The notes beneath the pieces are model-generated. The model ran no database searches. It worked only from the letters and a program-made list of their open reading frames with translations, and was not told the DNA's origin. From a phage, in NCBI GenBank assembly GCA_012008225.1, contig GCA_012008225.1_4768.1: DNA of 61,121 nt; one strand, written 5' to 3'. A program made the translations under genes and the position numbers. Shown here one piece after another: positions 1 through 9,767 of this stretch (position 1 is the stretch's first letter; every line of letters begins with the position of its first letter).

Positions 1-103
1 TTCCGATCCAAGAACCGATTAAGCCACCGATACCACCGCCAACGGCGGCTGCACCAGCTTCACCACCGAAACCACCACCTAAACCGCTCGGAATAAGAGT
101 CAT
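1..103 (-). CDS. Glycine-rich small protein, N-terminal fragment (gene runs off the left edge)
   Basis: ATG at 103..101 on minus strand; translation MTLIPSGLGGGFGGEAGAAAVGGGIGGLIGSWIG stays open to position 1. Confidence 0.35.
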   Translation of the reverse strand, partial: MTLIPSGLGGGFGGEAGAAAVGGGIGGLIGSWIG

Positions 104-235
104 GTCAGACATAGGAAATCTCCATATGGATTTGTTAAGCGAATGTAACCAACTGGTTACGAAGTAAAGCATACCCCTTAACATGGTTTTTACAATGATC
201 CATATGTAAAGATTTTGTAAATTAGGGTTGACAGC

Positions 236-263
236 CAATAAAAAGCGCGCCCGAAGACGCGCT
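236..263 (-). terminator. Rho-independent terminator downstream of the tail-fiber gene
   Basis: Minus-strand RNA forms 8 bp stem AGCGCGUC/GGCGCGCU (one G-U pair) with UUCG tetraloop, followed by UUUUAUUG. Confidence 0.55.
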
Positions 264-279
264 GAGAAGTTAGATGTGG

Positions 280-2040
280 TTATGGAAGACTAGTTTGCTG
301 TGAACCATTCACTTCTTTTAATGCAGCTAATTCCGCTTCTAGGTTCTCCACCTTTTCCATCAAAGCAAGAATTGCTTCATGATGCAATGCCGCAGCTATA
401 CCGGAAGTGTTTACAGACTTCACATCACTCACGGATGAACCATTGCGTAATGCGACTGGGGAGGACTTTGTCTCTGATACTGCTTCAGGAAAATCCTTCT
501 CTACATCCTGAGCAATAAATCCATACCCAACTGAGCCATTTGTTTCTAGTACCCATTTAACCCCTTTAATGTTTCGCATCTTAGACAGTGGATCGTTTAT
601 ACGCTCAATATTACTTTTAATGCGTTTGTCGGATAAATTTCTCCATTCTTGACATTTTGCTATACCATCCGTCCCAAAAAGATAAGATGCAGCTCCTCCG
701 ATTCCGTCATAGACATTAAGCTGTGCCCTATCTAACAACGTACTACCGGAGCGAATACCACCAAATGTCCAGCTTCCATCATACCAATCGCCGCTTATAG
801 TGTTTACAAAATACCCTTCTGGTACATTGGCATAGTTTATCATCCTCATGGCGTTTCTTTCTATAGCAGCAACTCCAACGGAGTTTAACGGCTGTGCAAC
901 GAAGTCTTTTGCTCGTAGGTATGCGTCAACCTGTAGTGCGCCATCAGACCTTAGCGTGCCAATTTGAGTCTCTGCGCTTGGGAAGTACAAAGTCCCAACT
1001 TGATTAAATAACCACTCTTGAACCCCGTTTGATATCACTGCACCTTGTTCAGACGTTAATCCATCAATTTTCCCGTATGCTTGAAGATATGCTTGATGTG
1101 TAGTGGTTGTACCAATCTTGTATTCTGACTTTACGCTACCCCCTCTTACAAATGTTCCAGCAGAAGGTTTGACAGCATCAGCGTTTATTACACTCCATGA
1201 TGTATTTGCCGCAACGAAACCACCTGACGCACGGATTACCCACACACCGACAAAGTTTCGTGTAAGAATTTCATCATTTGATGCTCCGTAAATTGGACTT
1301 GAAATTGAAGCATTGAAATCACAAGTGTTATAACGCCCCGCGAGCGCCGCCGTCCCTGGGGGTATACCTTCCCCTTTTCCTTCCGGGAATGCGTTATTAT
1401 TTGCGGTAAAACAACCACCTGTCTGACCTAATACCTGGCCGTAAGTTTGAGCGGAATATGTGGTGAAAAAACCTGTAATATTTGGCGCAGCGGATTCGAA
1501 CAGTTGCCCATTCGCAGAGGAATTCCCCCCATCACCTCGACCATAAAGCGCACGGATTGAACCTTCCTGTTTACCGTTCTTATCAGGTACTCGGAACGTT
1601 GTTGCACCATCGCCCGTTGAATACTTTCCGCGTTGAAATTTATCGCCAAGCCAGTCGGCGTCACTTATTGGGGACAGCATCTGAGCATAAGCCCATAGTT
1701 CAGGCCAGTCAGCACGATTAAGTAACTGACCATCTGCAACAACTTCATACGGTTGTATATATGCACGACTATCCCGAAGATGGAAATCCCCTACCCCGTA
1801 ATTCATTACCCCGTTCATTGTTGGACCAACTGTACCTGTGTTGATTAAGTTCTCAACCCAACGTTTAGTTGTTGCATCATAATCGCTAACGGGGTCTCCA
1901 GCTAATGGTGTAGACCCAATTGGTCGGACGTTTAACCACGCAGCAGCGCGGTCCGCAAGATCAGATAAATTATTACTTTTATCCATCTTTTCGTCTTTAA
2001 GTTTTGTAATGTCCTGAGGGATATTAGTATAAGTAGTCAT
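280..2040 (-). CDS. Tail fiber protein with C-terminal intramolecular chaperone (peptidase S74-like) domain
   Basis: 586 aa ORF; ATG at 2040 with GAGGTGA upstream; C-terminal region has SDKRIKSNIERI...GVKWV...GYGFIAQDVEK, typical of the self-cleaving chaperone domain of endosialidase and T5-type fibers. Confidence 0.8.
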   Translation of the reverse strand: MTTYTNIPQDITKLKDEKMDKSNNLSDLADRAAAWLNVRPIGSTPLAGDPVSDYDATTKRWVENLINTGTVGPTMNGVMNYGVGDFHLRDSRAYIQPYEVVADGQLLNRADWPELWAYAQMLSPISDADWLGDKFQRGKYSTGDGATTFRVPDKNGKQEGSIRALYGRGDGGNSSANGQLFESAAPNITGFFTTYSAQTYGQVLGQTGGCFTANNNAFPEGKGEGIPPGTAALAGRYNTCDFNASISSPIYGASNDEILTRNFVGVWVIRASGGFVAANTSWSVINADAVKPSAGTFVRGGSVKSEYKIGTTTTHQAYLQAYGKIDGLTSEQGAVISNGVQEWLFNQVGTLYFPSAETQIGTLRSDGALQVDAYLRAKDFVAQPLNSVGVAAIERNAMRMINYANVPEGYFVNTISGDWYDGSWTFGGIRSGSTLLDRAQLNVYDGIGGAASYLFGTDGIAKCQEWRNLSDKRIKSNIERINDPLSKMRNIKGVKWVLETNGSVGYGFIAQDVEKDFPEAVSETKSSPVALRNGSSVSDVKSVNTSGIAAALHHEAILALMEKVENLEAELAALKEVNGSQQTSLP

Positions 2041-2050
2041 TGATCACCTC

Positions 2051-2317
2051 TTATGCCCAGTTACGTACACAGGGATTCTTAATAATGAATTGTTCAAACT
2101 CTGACAAGTCTACATTGTTATCTATTATTCTTATGTTTATATAATAACCCTCTTTGCCAATGACAACTGGAGTCCTACTTTTCGGGTCATCTACTATGAG
2201 GACAAAACCAATTTCATCTACAAACACTTTACCGTAGTTTGTCTTAAGCCAGTTACTATTAATGACAACATCCCGATAATGTTTTTCGTCTTTAAATTGC
2301 AAATTAATATCTTTCAT
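2051..2317 (-). CDS. Hypothetical protein between the two fiber genes (possible fiber assembly or accessory protein)
   Basis: 88 aa ORF; ATG at 2317; call is by position only. Confidence 0.5.
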   Translation of the reverse strand: MKDINLQFKDEKHYRDVVINSNWLKTNYGKVFVDEIGFVLIVDDPKSRTPVVIGKEGYYINIRIIDNNVDLSEFEQFIIKNPCVRNWA

Positions 2318-2318
2318 T

Positions 2319-4427
2319 TTAAACTTTCTCCCTCATTTGACTATCCGTTAATACTCGATTCCATATTCTAAGGTTACGAATATGACCATACAATTTAGTT
2401 GAATCTGAAGGTCTACCGCCTATCTCCAGCAAGGAATCCGGAGATAGTCCTTGCCACGTTGAACCGGAGGATGTTATATTCTTAAACCCATTCAGAAACG
2501 ATGTTACATCACCATTTTTTGTATGTATGAATCCCCATACGGATGGTATACCTACCCCGCTAAATGAAGCTCCGTTTGATCCTGTGGGAACTCCAGTTTC
2601 TTTATTTAAAAAGTAAACGCTTGGTACGCGTGTAGCTATAAGTAACTCAGATACAAAAGATTCTCCAGCTGTATTATATTTATTGTTATCCATTATCATT
2701 GGGTATGTATTACCTAATTGAAAGTTATCCCAGTTAATACTTACCTCAGCAAGGAGGGAAATATTCGTTCCTGAAAAATTATTTCTCGCAGGTATAGTAG
2801 CATAATCTAGAGCCCTTGTTGCAGGAGTGCTTCCAGTAATAATGAAGGAGGATGCACAAAAGCCCTTTTCAAATTGCGGAGTACAAAAGGATATTGTATC
2901 CCCAACTTGCACGTTATCCCCGTTAGAGCCGCGGGCATAGTTAATACTCCCAATCATAGCACCTGCAATATCGGAAAATTTACATATTATTTCAACCTTC
3001 AGCCATCCGCTATCTTCTTTGATAATTCTGTGTGTTACGGTTCCTCTAGCTTCTAGTGTAGATGTCACCTCCCCTGTGTCGCACGACACTATAGATCTTA
3101 CAACAAGAATAAGGGCATTATCTTCTCCTAACGCATAGAATTGAGGAATTATGGAAATATTAGTTGCTTTCACTCTAATAGATAAGGTTGCGTATTCGTT
3201 CTGTTCACAATATATGTTGTTATTGTATTCGCAATAAAATAGTGAGGGTGTATCACCGTGACCGTTTTCATTTGCGGTTGCGGTAGTATATGTAAATCCA
3301 TATTTATCGACGCCGTAAGTAATGTTGCTACGATACTTATCACTATTCAATGAAGCGGGGTCGTTACTGAAAGTAATGTGATTTGTCCTCTGTCCTTCAA
3401 TCAAGAGTCCTTGCTTTTCAAATCTAGGTTCATCGATATTGGCAATACAAAATTCACCATGTTTATTTATGTATGTTGCATTTGATGCGCGGGAGAAACT
3501 AACAACCTTATCAGAGGGCATTGTAATGACATCTTCACCGACTGTTATTTTCTTATAGCCTGGCGAGTAACCTGCAATCATTTCAAGCGAGTCATTAAAT
3601 GGAATCCACACGTCAGGGAAAGGTTGAAGATCCGGAGCCCTGTTAGCTGCAACTTCCGCACGGTCTGCTTCTGCCTTTGCACGATCCGCGTCGTTTTTAG
3701 CTGCGGTTGCGCTTGTACCTGCGTTGCTTGCTTGTTTTCCAGCTTCGGTGGCGCTATTGCTTGCTTGCGTAGCTGAAGCAGCAGCAGCGTCTTTTAGCGC
3801 GGTAGTTTCCGTTACTGCGCTGTCCTTAATACCCTGTGTGTCTGCTTTTAACTGCTCAACGTCAGATTTTAGACCTTGAATTGTGGTTACAGCTTGTGAT
3901 GCAGTGTTAGCAGAACCAGCAGCGCCAGCTTGTGCTTGTCTAGCAGCGTCTTCACTAGCTTTAGCATCATTTTTATAGACAAGTGCATCCGAAGCAGATT
4001 GAGCAGCTGAAGCCTTACTATTACGAGCGTCCGTAGCATCTGCGTTTGCTGCCGCAGCAGAGCGGCCAGCTTGCAAAGAGTATTCTTCAGAAGCAGCCAC
4101 AAGTTGTTGAACTTGTTTGATGACATCTGGTGTTAGTTCTTCTTCCACCCAATTAACAAGATAACCATTAAGTGACCCATCCGGACTATCTGCATATAGG
4201 ACAATTTCTCCAGCCTTATATGGTTCTTTTCCTTGAGGGCCCACTATAACCACATAGTGTCCTGGGTTCATTGTGATATTATATGCACCTTGAGAATCTG
4301 TACGGAATATCGCTTCGCTACTACCTAACACTATGAGTGTATTACTTCTTGCTATCAAGGATACGGTTGCATTAACAATAGGTTTATTCAAACCATCTGT
4401 TAGGATACCATATAGACGAATTGTCAT
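2319..4427 (-). CDS. Side tail fiber protein (lambda Stf-like N-terminus)
   Basis: 702 aa; ATG at 4427 with AGAGGT upstream; N-terminus MTIRLYGILTDGLNKPIVNATVSL resembles lambda Stf, followed by Ala/Ser/Gln-rich fibrous region. Confidence 0.7.
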   Translation of the reverse strand: MTIRLYGILTDGLNKPIVNATVSLIARSNTLIVLGSSEAIFRTDSQGAYNITMNPGHYVVIVGPQGKEPYKAGEIVLYADSPDGSLNGYLVNWVEEELTPDVIKQVQQLVAASEEYSLQAGRSAAAANADATDARNSKASAAQSASDALVYKNDAKASEDAARQAQAGAAGSANTASQAVTTIQGLKSDVEQLKADTQGIKDSAVTETTALKDAAAASATQASNSATEAGKQASNAGTSATAAKNDADRAKAEADRAEVAANRAPDLQPFPDVWIPFNDSLEMIAGYSPGYKKITVGEDVITMPSDKVVSFSRASNATYINKHGEFCIANIDEPRFEKQGLLIEGQRTNHITFSNDPASLNSDKYRSNITYGVDKYGFTYTTATANENGHGDTPSLFYCEYNNNIYCEQNEYATLSIRVKATNISIIPQFYALGEDNALILVVRSIVSCDTGEVTSTLEARGTVTHRIIKEDSGWLKVEIICKFSDIAGAMIGSINYARGSNGDNVQVGDTISFCTPQFEKGFCASSFIITGSTPATRALDYATIPARNNFSGTNISLLAEVSINWDNFQLGNTYPMIMDNNKYNTAGESFVSELLIATRVPSVYFLNKETGVPTGSNGASFSGVGIPSVWGFIHTKNGDVTSFLNGFKNITSSGSTWQGLSPDSLLEIGGRPSDSTKLYGHIRNLRIWNRVLTDSQMREKV

Positions 4428-4543
4428 TTTTACCTCTTATCTGTAAAATTAATAGATATTTCAGGGCATACAAATATGGTAAATTAAATTAGAATATAAA
4501 ACAATATTATCTATCGTCTTTAACCACATTATTTGGAGTGACT

Positions 4544-5509
4544 ATGCCAGAGGGTATTTATATAAACTACAATGACGGCAGACCTGCAATGCAAATAACA
4601 GCAGGACTACGCGCCCCGTCCTTTTGCGCTAACTTCAATCAACGCTGTCAATCCGATAAGACGCTAACCATCAACGCACCTTTAACGCCGGGATCGCAGC
4701 TTATCGTTATTATGACTAACCCTGTTGAAGTGTTAGAAGTATTTGATCAGACGCTAGTCATTCCAGATCCAATGTATGTAACGTCAGTGACTCGAAACGG
4801 CGACAGTGGGGTGACGTTGCGAGGCGCAGATGGTCTTGGTGCTTATAGTGGATTGCCGCAATGGGCGGGGGTGGTTATGGAACTGCTACCTGTAGGAACG
4901 CGAAACGAGGGTCTATTTGTGGCTAACTCCACGGACTTCACAGCAATATCCAACGCAGCCTTTCTCATGACTTGTCAGTATTCCCAGTATGTATGGGTTA
5001 ACGGTAGTATGCCATTACCTGTCGGTGGTGTTCCGTTTGCTCGCTGGAACGATCCTAACGTGTCAGTAGGTTTTGATGGTTCGAATATTATCGTTCGCAA
5101 CGCAGCATATGGTGGAATCGATGACGTAGCGGCTTCTGTTGGAATGGAATTAGTAATATTTAACAACACTCCCCCACAGCCCGGTAATGGTATTACCATG
5201 ACGAACAGAGCTGGGCAAGTTACGTTCTCCACGGTTAAGAAGCCTTTTGTATTCAACGGAACAGTAGATCTTAGCGCGGGCTGGCAAAATATTGGTAACA
5301 GCTTAATACAGCTTGCATACACAGGTACGCTTATTGAGAACAACGGAGGTTATAATCATATTCGCATGAACGGCATTCGCATGGCAGATAATGTGGTAGG
5401 TGCCGTAAGAAACCGCGTGGTAGGCAACTACTCGAGACGACAATTCCAATTGCCCGGTCGAAACGTGGTGATCTCAACACCACTCATGGTTATACCAAAT
5501 ATGTATTAA
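4544..5509 (+). CDS. Hypothetical protein encoded opposite to the surrounding tail genes (candidate moron)
   Basis: ORF-track frame 4538..5509; ATG at 4544 is 5 nt after GGAG; AT-rich upstream region; followed by hairpin 5511-5532. Confidence 0.6.
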   Translation: MPEGIYINYNDGRPAMQITAGLRAPSFCANFNQRCQSDKTLTINAPLTPGSQLIVIMTNPVEVLEVFDQTLVIPDPMYVTSVTRNGDSGVTLRGADGLGAYSGLPQWAGVVMELLPVGTRNEGLFVANSTDFTAISNAAFLMTCQYSQYVWVNGSMPLPVGGVPFARWNDPNVSVGFDGSNIIVRNAAYGGIDDVAASVGMELVIFNNTPPQPGNGITMTNRAGQVTFSTVKKPFVFNGTVDLSAGWQNIGNSLIQLAYTGTLIENNGGYNHIRMNGIRMADNVVGAVRNRVVGNYSRRQFQLPGRNVVISTPLMVIPNMY

Positions 5510-5510
5510 T

Positions 5511-5532
5511 AAACGGGGCACATGCCCCGTTT
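5511..5532. terminator. Bidirectional hairpin between convergent genes
   Basis: AAACGGGGC-ACAT-GCCCCGTTT, 9 bp perfect stem; A/T-rich flanks on both sides; lies between plus gene end 5509 and minus gene end 5543. Confidence 0.5.
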
Positions 5533-5542
5533 AAATATTTGA

Positions 5543-8182
5543 TCACCAGCGTCCTACTATGACAACACCCCCACCGGATAACGGGACGCGAATACCATTA
5601 CTATCAATTGTAATACCCCCATTTCCGTTGAAACCAAATTGACCAGCGTTAGCAACGACCGTCCCTCTGACGGTAACGTTATTAAATACGCAATAACCGT
5701 CTTTTGTAATTGCCCACCCTTGATCGTTCCCATTCCAATTATTGGACTGAATCACATTACCTATTTTAGCATTTGTAATTGAACCATTTTCAATAAAACC
5801 ATCTCTCAAGAACGCCTGACCGTTTTTAATAGCAAACGCAAGTTGAGCAGCTCCAGCTACAGGGTTGTAAACAGCAAAGTTATCCGCACTTACCATGAAG
5901 TAAGATTGGAATTGACCTCCGCTACCTTCTATACCTAACTGCATACCGGCGACATATTTATTACCGTTACTATCAATCTGAACTTTTTGCCCCCATTGAG
6001 CAGAAAGTTTACCATTAAGATCTGCTAATGCTTGGGATTGTTGTTGAACTGTAACCACAACGTCGCCAACGCTAGTCTGCACTGAATCTATCTTGGAGGC
6101 TTGACCTTCTACAACTTTAGACAATTCTGTAACGCCATCGTCAACTTTCTGTACAGTCTCCATGAGGTTTTTGAAAGTTTCAGTCTCCTGGAACTCCTTA
6201 TCCATGATTTCAATGATTTGCCCAGTTTCCGCCCATACCCGGGCTTCAACTTCAACAAACGAAGACGATCCGAAGGCATTGATTGTGCGAACATACCAGT
6301 AATAAACATGGTCATTGAGCAAATTGTTCTTTTGCCATACAGTGCCCATACCTTCACGAGTAGCTTCTCGTTCAACGACATCCGTATTGGTGGATGATAA
6401 TTTTGTTTCACCTGATGTCCAGAAATCGAACTGAGTGCTGACGCTAGTAAGTTCAGAAATTTTTGGAATAAGTGTTAAAGAAAAATAACCGTTTTGTACT
6501 TCGACAGAAGAAGGTGGTGGTGGAGCTTGAATATTAAATTCAAGATAAGCCTCAGGGGATATTGCCCCACCGTGTGACACAGCTTGGACGTGCGCTGTAT
6601 ACGCACCACGTAACAGACCAGTAACTCTAACACTTTGTCCTGGGACTTGTGCGGTCCAAATAGTTACACCGCCCTGTCGCACGGCTACGCGGTTGTACGC
6701 CACTTGCCCCATATTAGTCCAGGATAACACACCCTGTACCACATCGCTAATCTGCAAAATCTGGTACTGTAGATTTTGTGGTTGAGCAACACCGCCACTT
6801 GGTAAATCTACAAGATCTGGGCGGTCCATCGGTTTACCGATAGCATCGTCCCACATTTCCAGGAAATCTTGTCGTAGAGTAATGTCTACTCCACCTTTAG
6901 GGTTGAAAGACCATTTAGTTACTCGCATCTCGACATTTTTCATTCCAATCTGAGAAATAGTAACTTTTACATACATTCCTGGTCGAAACTTATAACCTTT
7001 CATGTTACAAGGAATTTCAATTGTGCGACCAACACGTTTACGACGTAAAATAATATTGGATAAACGTTGGGCTTGATATTCACTTGTTACAAATCGGAAA
7101 TCCATATCCTGGGTTATTTCTGCACCATCTTTTTCCACCCATTCTTTGACCACAACAGGGGGGAAGTCGGCTTCAACATAGTTCTGTTTAGGATCTATGA
7201 ATGTACCAGTGATTGTGTTAGTTCGTTCCTTATAGGACGTCTCCGGGATGATTTTAATATCACCGGAAATACAACTTTCGTCCAAAGTCATTGTTGCTGG
7301 ACCATAGTATGCACCGACCAATAATCCGTGCTTACCGGCTATATATGTCAATTCCCCGCCGCAAGCCTGCAACATTGCATCAAGGATTTTAGCAGGTGCT
7401 TCATCTACTTCGAATTCTCCATTGATTCTATAGCGTCGCTCCGTGGAACCATCTGCGTTAGAAACATATTCGTCACATATATTCGCAGCTTCTTTGAACT
7501 GCTCCCAGTTGATATGTTCGTCGCTACGTTTCAAATATGTTCGGAAATAATCCAGTATAACTAATGCCGCGTTATCACTGAACACAGTATAGCCGGATCT
7601 AGGGTCATATACACGTCGTCCTCGTTTTAGAAGTTTGATATTTGGTAAACCAGAAGGGAATTTTTCAGCATTAAATTTGAAACTAATACGAAGCCAAGCA
7701 ATACCTTTACCAATCATATCATCCTTCCAGGAAGGACAATTTTCCCGCATAAACGGGTCTACAGTCTGACGGTCGTTATGAAATTCCCAGCTGACATATT
7801 GTTCGAAAGTTTGAATAAGGTCGTCCCCAAGCCAAATATCTCCAATTCCTTCCAATGGATGTGACGCAACAACTAACGCCATATGGAGAAGTTCATCTTC
7901 ATCTTGGTCACCGGGCTGTTCTTCTGCAAAAGTCATGACTCCAGAAGCTACAGTTGTACCATATACGACAGTTCTGGCTGCTGCCGCGGCACGTAATACT
8001 TGTTTACGCTCCTGCTGACCTTTATAAGCATTGAAATTTGTATTTGGTGTCTTAGTTAATAGTGCGCCAGCTACGGTTGCGGTCATACCGATAGCTAAAG
8101 CTACACCTGTCGCAATCCATCCCGCCGCTGCCGCAGCAGATGCACCAATTGCAATTGCTGCTCCAATTATTGCTGGTGGCAT
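5543..8182 (-). CDS. Tail tip host-specificity protein (lambda J-like) with N-terminal gpI-like hydrophobic segment
   Basis: ATG at 8182 preceded by GGAGG (ORF-track TTG at 8194); C-terminal half has J-like fibronectin-type region (YYWYVRTINAFGSSSFVEVEA); N-terminus MPPAIIGAAIAIGASAAAAAGW resembles C-terminal part of lambda gpI. Confidence 0.8.
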   Translation of the reverse strand: MPPAIIGAAIAIGASAAAAAGWIATGVALAIGMTATVAGALLTKTPNTNFNAYKGQQERKQVLRAAAAARTVVYGTTVASGVMTFAEEQPGDQDEDELLHMALVVASHPLEGIGDIWLGDDLIQTFEQYVSWEFHNDRQTVDPFMRENCPSWKDDMIGKGIAWLRISFKFNAEKFPSGLPNIKLLKRGRRVYDPRSGYTVFSDNAALVILDYFRTYLKRSDEHINWEQFKEAANICDEYVSNADGSTERRYRINGEFEVDEAPAKILDAMLQACGGELTYIAGKHGLLVGAYYGPATMTLDESCISGDIKIIPETSYKERTNTITGTFIDPKQNYVEADFPPVVVKEWVEKDGAEITQDMDFRFVTSEYQAQRLSNIILRRKRVGRTIEIPCNMKGYKFRPGMYVKVTISQIGMKNVEMRVTKWSFNPKGGVDITLRQDFLEMWDDAIGKPMDRPDLVDLPSGGVAQPQNLQYQILQISDVVQGVLSWTNMGQVAYNRVAVRQGGVTIWTAQVPGQSVRVTGLLRGAYTAHVQAVSHGGAISPEAYLEFNIQAPPPPSSVEVQNGYFSLTLIPKISELTSVSTQFDFWTSGETKLSSTNTDVVEREATREGMGTVWQKNNLLNDHVYYWYVRTINAFGSSSFVEVEARVWAETGQIIEIMDKEFQETETFKNLMETVQKVDDGVTELSKVVEGQASKIDSVQTSVGDVVVTVQQQSQALADLNGKLSAQWGQKVQIDSNGNKYVAGMQLGIEGSGGQFQSYFMVSADNFAVYNPVAGAAQLAFAIKNGQAFLRDGFIENGSITNAKIGNVIQSNNWNGNDQGWAITKDGYCVFNNVTVRGTVVANAGQFGFNGNGGITIDSNGIRVPLSGGGVVIVGRW

Positions 8183-8598
8183 CAAACCCTCCAAACATCT
8201 GTGATTTTAATCTTATTAATTGGGAATGTCACAACACCATTCGGTCCCATAGCCCATACGAATCCAGTCCATAATATACCGGCAGTTAATCCTAGCTCAC
8301 CTTCAAATGTAACAACATCTCCTCTTTGTGCAAAATTCTTTTCTATTCTTTCACCTAAGTAGATATCTAATAAAGCTGGGAGGTGTGTTGTACCAACTTT
8401 CTGAATTGTAAATTTCTTACTCCCTAATTCCGTGCTATATTTTCCAACTATTTCACTATAAATATTTGTTCCGTATTGTGCATCGATACACTTTGCGGCA
8501 AACGTGCAACAATCATTTTTACCCCAAGAAAAAGGAGTAGACGACAACTCCTTTACCGTGGTCAATAAACGTGTCTGCCACCCCGGAGTTTTACTCAT
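8182..8598 (-). CDS. Tail assembly protein, NlpC/P60-like (lambda K-like)
   Basis: Motif SWGKNDCCTFAAKC typical of NlpC/P60 catalytic Cys; ATG at 8598 overlaps the upstream stop (ATGAGTAA); ORF-track frame extends to 8766, so start is uncertain. Confidence 0.55.
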   Translation of the reverse strand: MSKTPGWQTRLLTTVKELSSTPFSWGKNDCCTFAAKCIDAQYGTNIYSEIVGKYSTELGSKKFTIQKVGTTHLPALLDIYLGERIEKNFAQRGDVVTFEGELGLTAGILWTGFVWAMGPNGVVTFPINKIKITDVWRV

Positions 8599-9175
8599 AC
8601 GTGAATCCTGGCGCATCTTTTTTACTTCCCCAATAGATTGAACGCTCTGCCATTTGTGCAACATATCTAAAGAAGCGATCCCCCGGATGTAATCTTTGTT
8701 GACTTTCATCCGTATAACGATCTGGTAAGCCTTGTTGCCAACGTTCAAACACGTTAGCAACAACATAACTCAATGCGTTCTGTCGCCCTGCTTGTAATGA
8801 TGTGTCGGTAATGAATCCTTCAAATAAGACATTAGATGCGGAAATTGTACCGGATTCATTCATTACCGCAATGTAACAGATAACACTACATCCGATAACT
8901 TCTTCATTTAAAGTCTCGCCTACAAGACTCATATCTAGCCCACTAAGAGCCATAGACATCGTACTTGAACTTGTGCTGTTTTCCTCTGTAATAGATCCAA
9001 CATCCCCAAGTGTGCCAACACCAAGAAACGTCTGGCCATTGATAATAACAACACCTGTTCCTGTATGAACTCGTGTCACGCCGGATGGAAAATGTATTTC
9101 CGCAGCTAATACTAAAGTAACGTTTGGCTGCTCCATTGCGCTAAGAAGATCGTCACTAAATGGGCTGAATAACAT
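8591..9175 (-). CDS. Minor tail protein (distal tail, L-like by position)
   Basis: 194 aa ORF; ATG at 9175 overlaps upstream stop; position between tape measure and K/J genes. Confidence 0.55.
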   Translation of the reverse strand: MLFSPFSDDLLSAMEQPNVTLVLAAEIHFPSGVTRVHTGTGVVIINGQTFLGVGTLGDVGSITEENSTSSSTMSMALSGLDMSLVGETLNEEVIGCSVICYIAVMNESGTISASNVLFEGFITDTSLQAGRQNALSYVVANVFERWQQGLPDRYTDESQQRLHPGDRFFRYVAQMAERSIYWGSKKDAPGFTYE

Positions 9176-9765
9176 TAGAATGCCTCTGAGAATTTTAAAG
9201 TAAATGAGTTATTAAAAGCCGGTTGACGTTTAACACCATTAGTATTTTCAGATAACCGAAAAGTCCCTTGTGGCTTTTGAGTTTCAATCTTTGCGCCATT
9301 TGGAGGAATACTTCTTAGCATTGGGGCAATACTTAGAATCACATTACCAGAGGAATCACTCCATGCGTCCTCTGTTATTAATTTCAACTCATCATTGACT
9401 GTTATATAATCACCTTCGCGTAGAACAAGTTTATCATAATCCCAACCTTTAGTAGATAAAGTTGTCCCACTGTTATTCGCACCATTGACCACAGGTGCTC
9501 CCATTGACGGTCTTCCCCAACGCCCGAAATCTTGAAGCATAATACGACCGGATTTACCATCAAGTCTAGCTAATAATGATTCCAGTTTTCTTGATTCCCA
9601 GTCATTCAGATTATTGAAAGTTAAAGATGCCTCCCACCTAGATCCTGGGTAGGCCACAGTCTGAGAAGCCCCGTTAAAGGGGCTTATAAATTCTACAGAG
9701 TTCGATACTAGATGCCATTCCATCTCGGAAGGTCTAATTTCATCGGGCCAGGTTAATATTGCCAT
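9175..9765 (-). CDS. Minor tail protein (distal tail, M-like by position)
   Basis: 196 aa ORF immediately downstream of tape measure gene; ATG at 9765. Confidence 0.55.
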   Translation of the reverse strand: MAILTWPDEIRPSEMEWHLVSNSVEFISPFNGASQTVAYPGSRWEASLTFNNLNDWESRKLESLLARLDGKSGRIMLQDFGRWGRPSMGAPVVNGANNSGTTLSTKGWDYDKLVLREGDYITVNDELKLITEDAWSDSSGNVILSIAPMLRSIPPNGAKIETQKPQGTFRLSENTNGVKRQPAFNNSFTLKFSEAF

Positions 9766-9767
9766 CT

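Noticed and set aside
1488-1502. tRNA T-arm-like motif GGATTCGAAC
   Set aside because: Lies inside the tail-fiber coding sequence with no acceptor or anticodon arm context; I found no tRNA-like cloverleaf in any intergenic region
8598-8766. N-terminal extension of the K-like ORF as given in the ORF track
   Set aside because: The extension overlaps the upstream gene by 176 nt in another frame; an internal ATG at 8598 forming an ATGAGTAA stop-start overlap is the more likely start
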